Source: an uncultured Pseudomonadota bacterium
Lineage (GTDB): Bacteria > Myxococcota_A > UBA796 > SXON01
Length of the DNA stretch: 64,000 bases
Assembly: GCA_903959175.1 (NCBI GenBank)
Contig: CAJBVW010000056.1
Coordinates: forward strand, 42,478 to 106,477
Direction: 5' to 3'
Numbering within the stretch: the first letter of the stretch is position 1; each line of letters opens with the position of its first letter. Under the pieces are notes generated by a model. It saw nothing but the letters and a program-made list of their open reading frames with translations, had not been told where the DNA came from and did no database searches. Below are positions 63,601 through 64,000 of this stretch, one piece after another. The position numbers and the translations under genes were made by a program.

Positions 63601-64000
63601 GCGAAGGACGCCGAAGCCGCGTGGGGCGACGCGGACGAGGTCGCCGCGAACGCGCGGCTGGCGGTCGGCGACGCACGGAACAAGCTGGATGCCGCGGAGG
63701 CGGAGGTGCGCCGGATCGACCACGCCGTCGCGGAGCTCGGGGTGGGCGAGCCCGACCCTTCGGAGGTCGCGCGCGCGCGGGACGCGGAGGTCCGCGCTAC
63801 CAACGCGCTCCATGCGGCGCGGCGGGCCGCGATCGACGCGAGGGAGGCGCGCATCCGGGCCGACATGGCGCGCACGGCCGCCGCGCAGGCGGAGTCGGAC
63901 GCGAACGACGCGTTCGGGAAGGCGGAGGTGCAGGCCCGCCCGGCGCAGGACGCGTGGATGGCCCAGCGCGCCGAGATCGAGGCCCAGGGGCTCGCCGGCG
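60598..64000 (+). CDS. mksB: MukB-like SMC ATPase (MksB), 5' part; the ORF runs off the window end
   Basis: Not in the ORF track because no stop falls inside the window. I translated it by hand. ATG 60598 (ATGA overlap) gives MSRARIEALALVNWKGVFYERYQFDRAVTALEGANGAGKTTVMIAAYVALFPE.. (MukB-type N-terminus and Walker A). Frame 1 reads as Ala/Glu/Arg coiled-coil in the two end-of-window segments I translated (63901-64000); the stretch from about 60780 to 63900 was not translated and is inferred to be open only from the absence of frame-1 ORFs in the track. Confidence 0.8.
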   Translation, partial: MSRARIEALALVNWKGVFYERYQFDRAVTALEGANGAGKTTVMIAAYVALFPEIGKLRFTNLGEHEATKGDRGIYGRLGREGWPSFTVLDLRYGRNERILAGVKIDRKNEPVVELEPFIVRGLAEDVRLQDVLLDIRQEDDRTVDRLLDKTRLVQRVARAGGTLRWYEPRQYFRELFDLGLTPLRLDSEDERARFNDMLRTSMIGGISRTLSGGLRDFVLQEDSNLAESLRAMRDNLAACQVTRREVEESGVAQKEISEVYRTAETMFSRAVHAARMRAEEQALALQAARTRREDAAQQARRAGELLEAKDGEVARSEEGEGAAEGEARRTGEWRERVEQAGRLLAQRRDGEATRGNRRERWVLERDAEAAATGSLEASRAARDGAVTERDGLSRALADSRSSWAELSRRAGLHEEALRRHATLMERLGEAVRARSAFEPLRLAKLARTGVLDAALAEARRTIAGAETARREFGEVATALDEVVTALAGVGEAAPGPVPPTEAWERGQAADALLRDLRVAVGEREALGRGVRAATLRAEQQGALAARLGELGLAPDSADALVALARAAREAREAGAARVVEAARGDQDAQARLRAARDRLLELDNEVPRWRAVQGLARALAERIGALPPDAPGLLAADDAQRTLEHQLRSASEAARARARELRREADRLASSEGGLAAELVEACDVVDGELVVRRFDEVPLAEAAATEALLGPLRRGILVRDPAEAAARLLAHGALPDEVWLVTEVPGALPGERHADGVVVREGGAVRVTRHPERPVLGAEARRRQVAELREAAVAADADAERLVRDANAAAHTAARLRELAADARRWLAPDPAVELERGRREAAMLAAEAEQAAEAHANAIAAQARLADRDARLSRLVPDAHLLDAGDVRAERDRLKARLDRVLRVAPALERCAEAAARLTRRLPVLRVVPPSVAEVVRLRGRQADLEAERDREDADARALEWLHTNADALGWTDAPDLLRSATRGEQSLVDRHAVASARAKDAEAAWGDADEVAANARLAVGDARNKLDAAEAEVRRIDHAVAELGVGEPDPSEVARARDAEVRATNALHAARRAAIDAREARIRADMARTAAAQAESDANDAFGKAEVQARPAQDAWMAQRAEIEAQGLAG

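Noticed and set aside
60493-63813. 1106-aa and 661-aa minus-strand ORFs (60493-63813 and 61377-63362), and plus-strand ORFs 60636-61334 and 61806-62831.
   Set aside because: They are antisense or off-frame shadows of the MukB-like gene, which is open in frame 1 from 60598 to the window end. Their compositions are dominated by Arg/Ala/Ser/Pro.
1-64000. Scan for CRISPR arrays, rRNA, intact tRNA genes, reverse transcriptase/retron or DGR elements, and transposase/IS elements.
   Set aside because: By eye I found no regularly spaced short repeats, no rRNA-like or cloverleaf-compatible segments, and no RT or transposase motifs in any long ORF. This was a manual scan, so small elements could have been missed.

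Overview
GC-rich (roughly 70% by eye) bacterial chromosomal segment. It is almost entirely defence and mobile-element DNA. All domain calls are manual motif readings of the supplied ORF translations; no searches were run. Starts were refined using start/stop overlaps such as ATGA, GTGA and TTGA.

Left block (1-23.2 kb):
- hsdM tail plus hsdS, with no hsdR in the window.
- An ABC-like ATPase paired with a PLD-like protein.
- An unassigned three-gene operon: 441-aa unknown protein, double-HKD PLD protein, SNF2-type helicase.
- A prokaryotic viperin operon preceded by a family-II-pyrophosphatase-like DHH protein and a gutted EEP nuclease remnant.
- A convergent PP-loop-like / PEP-synthase-like gene pair.
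- A complete type I Wadjet (jetABCD).

Middle block (23187-54404): a perfect 19-bp direct repeat that looks like a tRNA/tmRNA 3' end sits at 23187-23205 and 54386-54404. It brackets a 31.2-kb integrase-bearing element that carries:
- int/xis and XRE-type regulators.
- A dsRBD / RNase III-like protein.
- A class-1-DISARM-like operon: DrmA-DrmB fusion, DrmD, two tandem paralogous N6-adenine methyltransferases, and a translationally coupled AlbA_2-type protein. There is no DrmC.
- A Pycsar pair (cyclase plus cNMP-binding TIR-like effector).
- McrBC, an HNH_2 endonuclease, a lower-GC PD-(D/E)xK-like gene, and decayed gene fragments.

Right block (54.4-64 kb): an orphan terminator, a lipoprotein pair, apparently frameshifted genes, and a MukFEB-like (MksFEB) operon that runs off the window.

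No rRNA, intact tRNA or CRISPR array was seen.

The best candidates for undescribed biology are the unknown/PLD/SNF2 operon (3861-10496), the ATPase/PLD-like pair behind hsdS (1243-3706), the accessory genes around the viperin, and the atypical DISARM architecture.
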